Assembly (NCBI GenBank): GCA_016930515.1
Contig: JAFGGO010000107.1
Location: 1-24,992 of the forward strand
Source of the DNA: Promethearchaeota archaeon
GTDB lineage: Archaea > Asgardarchaeota > Lokiarchaeia > Sigyniarchaeales > SOKP01
Length of the DNA stretch: 24,992 nucleotides
Reading direction: 5' to 3'
Shown: piece by piece, positions 23,974 through 24,992 of the stretch
How the letters are laid out: each line of letters starts with the position of its first letter
Numbering within the stretch: the first letter of the stretch is position 1
The notes under the pieces: generated by a model
What the model was told of the DNA's origin: nothing
Database searches by the model: none
The model's input: only the letters and a program-made list of their open reading frames with translations
Program-made: the position numbers and the translations under genes

Positions 23974-24939
23974 ATGTATGAATTTAAAAAAGACTTGCAA
24001 GACTCTGGAAGCTTGGTAGATATTGCTATCGATAAAGTCGGTATTGTGAATGTGGAAAAAAAGGTCGATGTAGTTCATAAAAACAAGCACTACTCGTTTT
24101 ATCCCCGAATATCTGCCTTGATATCTCTTCCAGCTCAACAACGGGGAATTCACATGTCAAGAACATCAGAAACCATAGAAGAAGTCATCAACGAGGTAAT
24201 ATTTCAGCCAACACCAACAATAGAGCTTGTGGGAGATAGGATCGTTAAATCTTTATTAGAAAAACATCCTTATACCACTAAAGTTGAAGTTAAGCTCGAA
24301 GGTAAGATAATCGTTCAAGTTAGGGAAAATTCCCATAGAAACATCCAAAAAGCCTACGATATTAGTTCTTTCGTCAAGGCTCGTAAAGACGAAACTGGCC
24401 ATATGGACTATAACTATTTTATTGGTGCTAGCGCAGTTGGAATGACCGTGTGCCCGTGTGCTCGCGAGATGTCGCAGGAATTCGCCGAAGAGTTGATAAA
24501 AAATAGAAAGGACATCGAAGTGTCCGATGTAGATATCAAAAAATTAATCAATTTGCTCCCATTTTCTTCGCACAATCAGAGATCCAAGGGAACGATAGTA
24601 ATGCAAATCAAGGATTTAAACAGCCATGTGATCGATGTTCTTGATATTATAGATGTGATTGAAGAAAGTATGAGCGGAAAGATCCAATCCGTTTTGAAAA
24701 GACCCGAAGAAGCCGAATTAGTACGATACGCTCATTTAAAGCCCTTATTCTCAGAAGATGTAGTGAGAGAGATGGCTAAAAATTTTCGTTTTAAAATCCT
24801 GGAAGATTTCAAGGACTTGGACGACGACTTTAAAGTCGTTTTTAAAATTGAGAGCTACGAGTCTATTCACCCTCACAATGTCTATTCTGAAATGAAAACA
24901 ACCGTGGGAGAATTAAAAAAAAAGATAAAAATCAATTGA
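23974..24939 (+). CDS. mptA: GTP cyclohydrolase IV MptA (FolE2 family)
   Basis: DLQD, IDKVGI, QRGIHMSR, GMTVCPCA, SHNQRS, LKRPEE, FSEDVVR, ESIHPHN. Confidence 0.92.
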   Translation: MYEFKKDLQDSGSLVDIAIDKVGIVNVEKKVDVVHKNKHYSFYPRISALISLPAQQRGIHMSRTSETIEEVINEVIFQPTPTIELVGDRIVKSLLEKHPYTTKVEVKLEGKIIVQVRENSHRNIQKAYDISSFVKARKDETGHMDYNYFIGASAVGMTVCPCAREMSQEFAEELIKNRKDIEVSDVDIKKLINLLPFSSHNQRSKGTIVMQIKDLNSHVIDVLDIIDVIEESMSGKIQSVLKRPEEAELVRYAHLKPLFSEDVVREMAKNFRFKILEDFKDLDDDFKVVFKIESYESIHPHNVYSEMKTTVGELKKKIKIN

Positions 24940-24992
24940 GGGAATTTTTAACTCTTTTATTTTGATTGAAATCAAAAAATCAGCAATTTAAA

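Noticed and set aside
2549-24153. Many short ORF-track entries antisense to or inside larger genes (e.g. 2549-2788, 4390-4923, 6848-7186, 11872-12153, 15124-15432, 19721-19990, 21777-22094, 23959-24153)
   Set aside because: They shadow well-supported genes and show no recognisable motifs.
12722-24939. Interpreting the cofactor cluster as evidence of methanogenesis
   Set aside because: No mcr or mtr genes are in the window, and these cofactors also occur in non-methanogenic archaea.
1-24992. CRISPR arrays, tRNA/rRNA genes, transposases, integrases
   Set aside because: I saw no spaced repeats, GC-rich structural RNA segments or mobile-element ORFs.

Overview
AT-rich archaeal chromosomal segment. 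A gelsolin-domain gene, archaeal BRE/TATA promoters, archaeal cofactor enzymes and general gene style point to an Asgard archaeon, probably Lokiarchaeia-like (inference). The left part (1-8.5 kb) holds a membrane-anchored C25 (gingipain-type) peptidase-like gene, an orphan amino-DNA methyltransferase, a gelsolin-domain protein with a C-terminal PH-like domain, a PadR/HAAS pair, larE and an AIR-synthase-like protein. The middle (9-12.6 kb) is a feoA / receiver / feoA-feoB metal-uptake locus with duplicated upstream motifs, Cys-decorated FeoAs and a His-rich FeoB. The right part (12.7-25 kb) is a ~12 kb cluster of GTP-derived cofactor genes: methanopterin (mptG, mptD, DHPS-like, mptA), F420/FO (cofG, cofH, an F420:NADP oxidoreductase-like gene) and riboflavin (arfC). 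Uncharacterised DUF447, DUF1464 and deaminase-type genes sit inside it and are candidates for unassigned steps. Several genes appear to start at non-canonical ATT/ATA/ATC codons 5-6 nt after a Shine-Dalgarno-like motif. No rRNA, tRNA, CRISPR array or mobile element was seen. All family calls are from motif recognition by eye; no searches were run.
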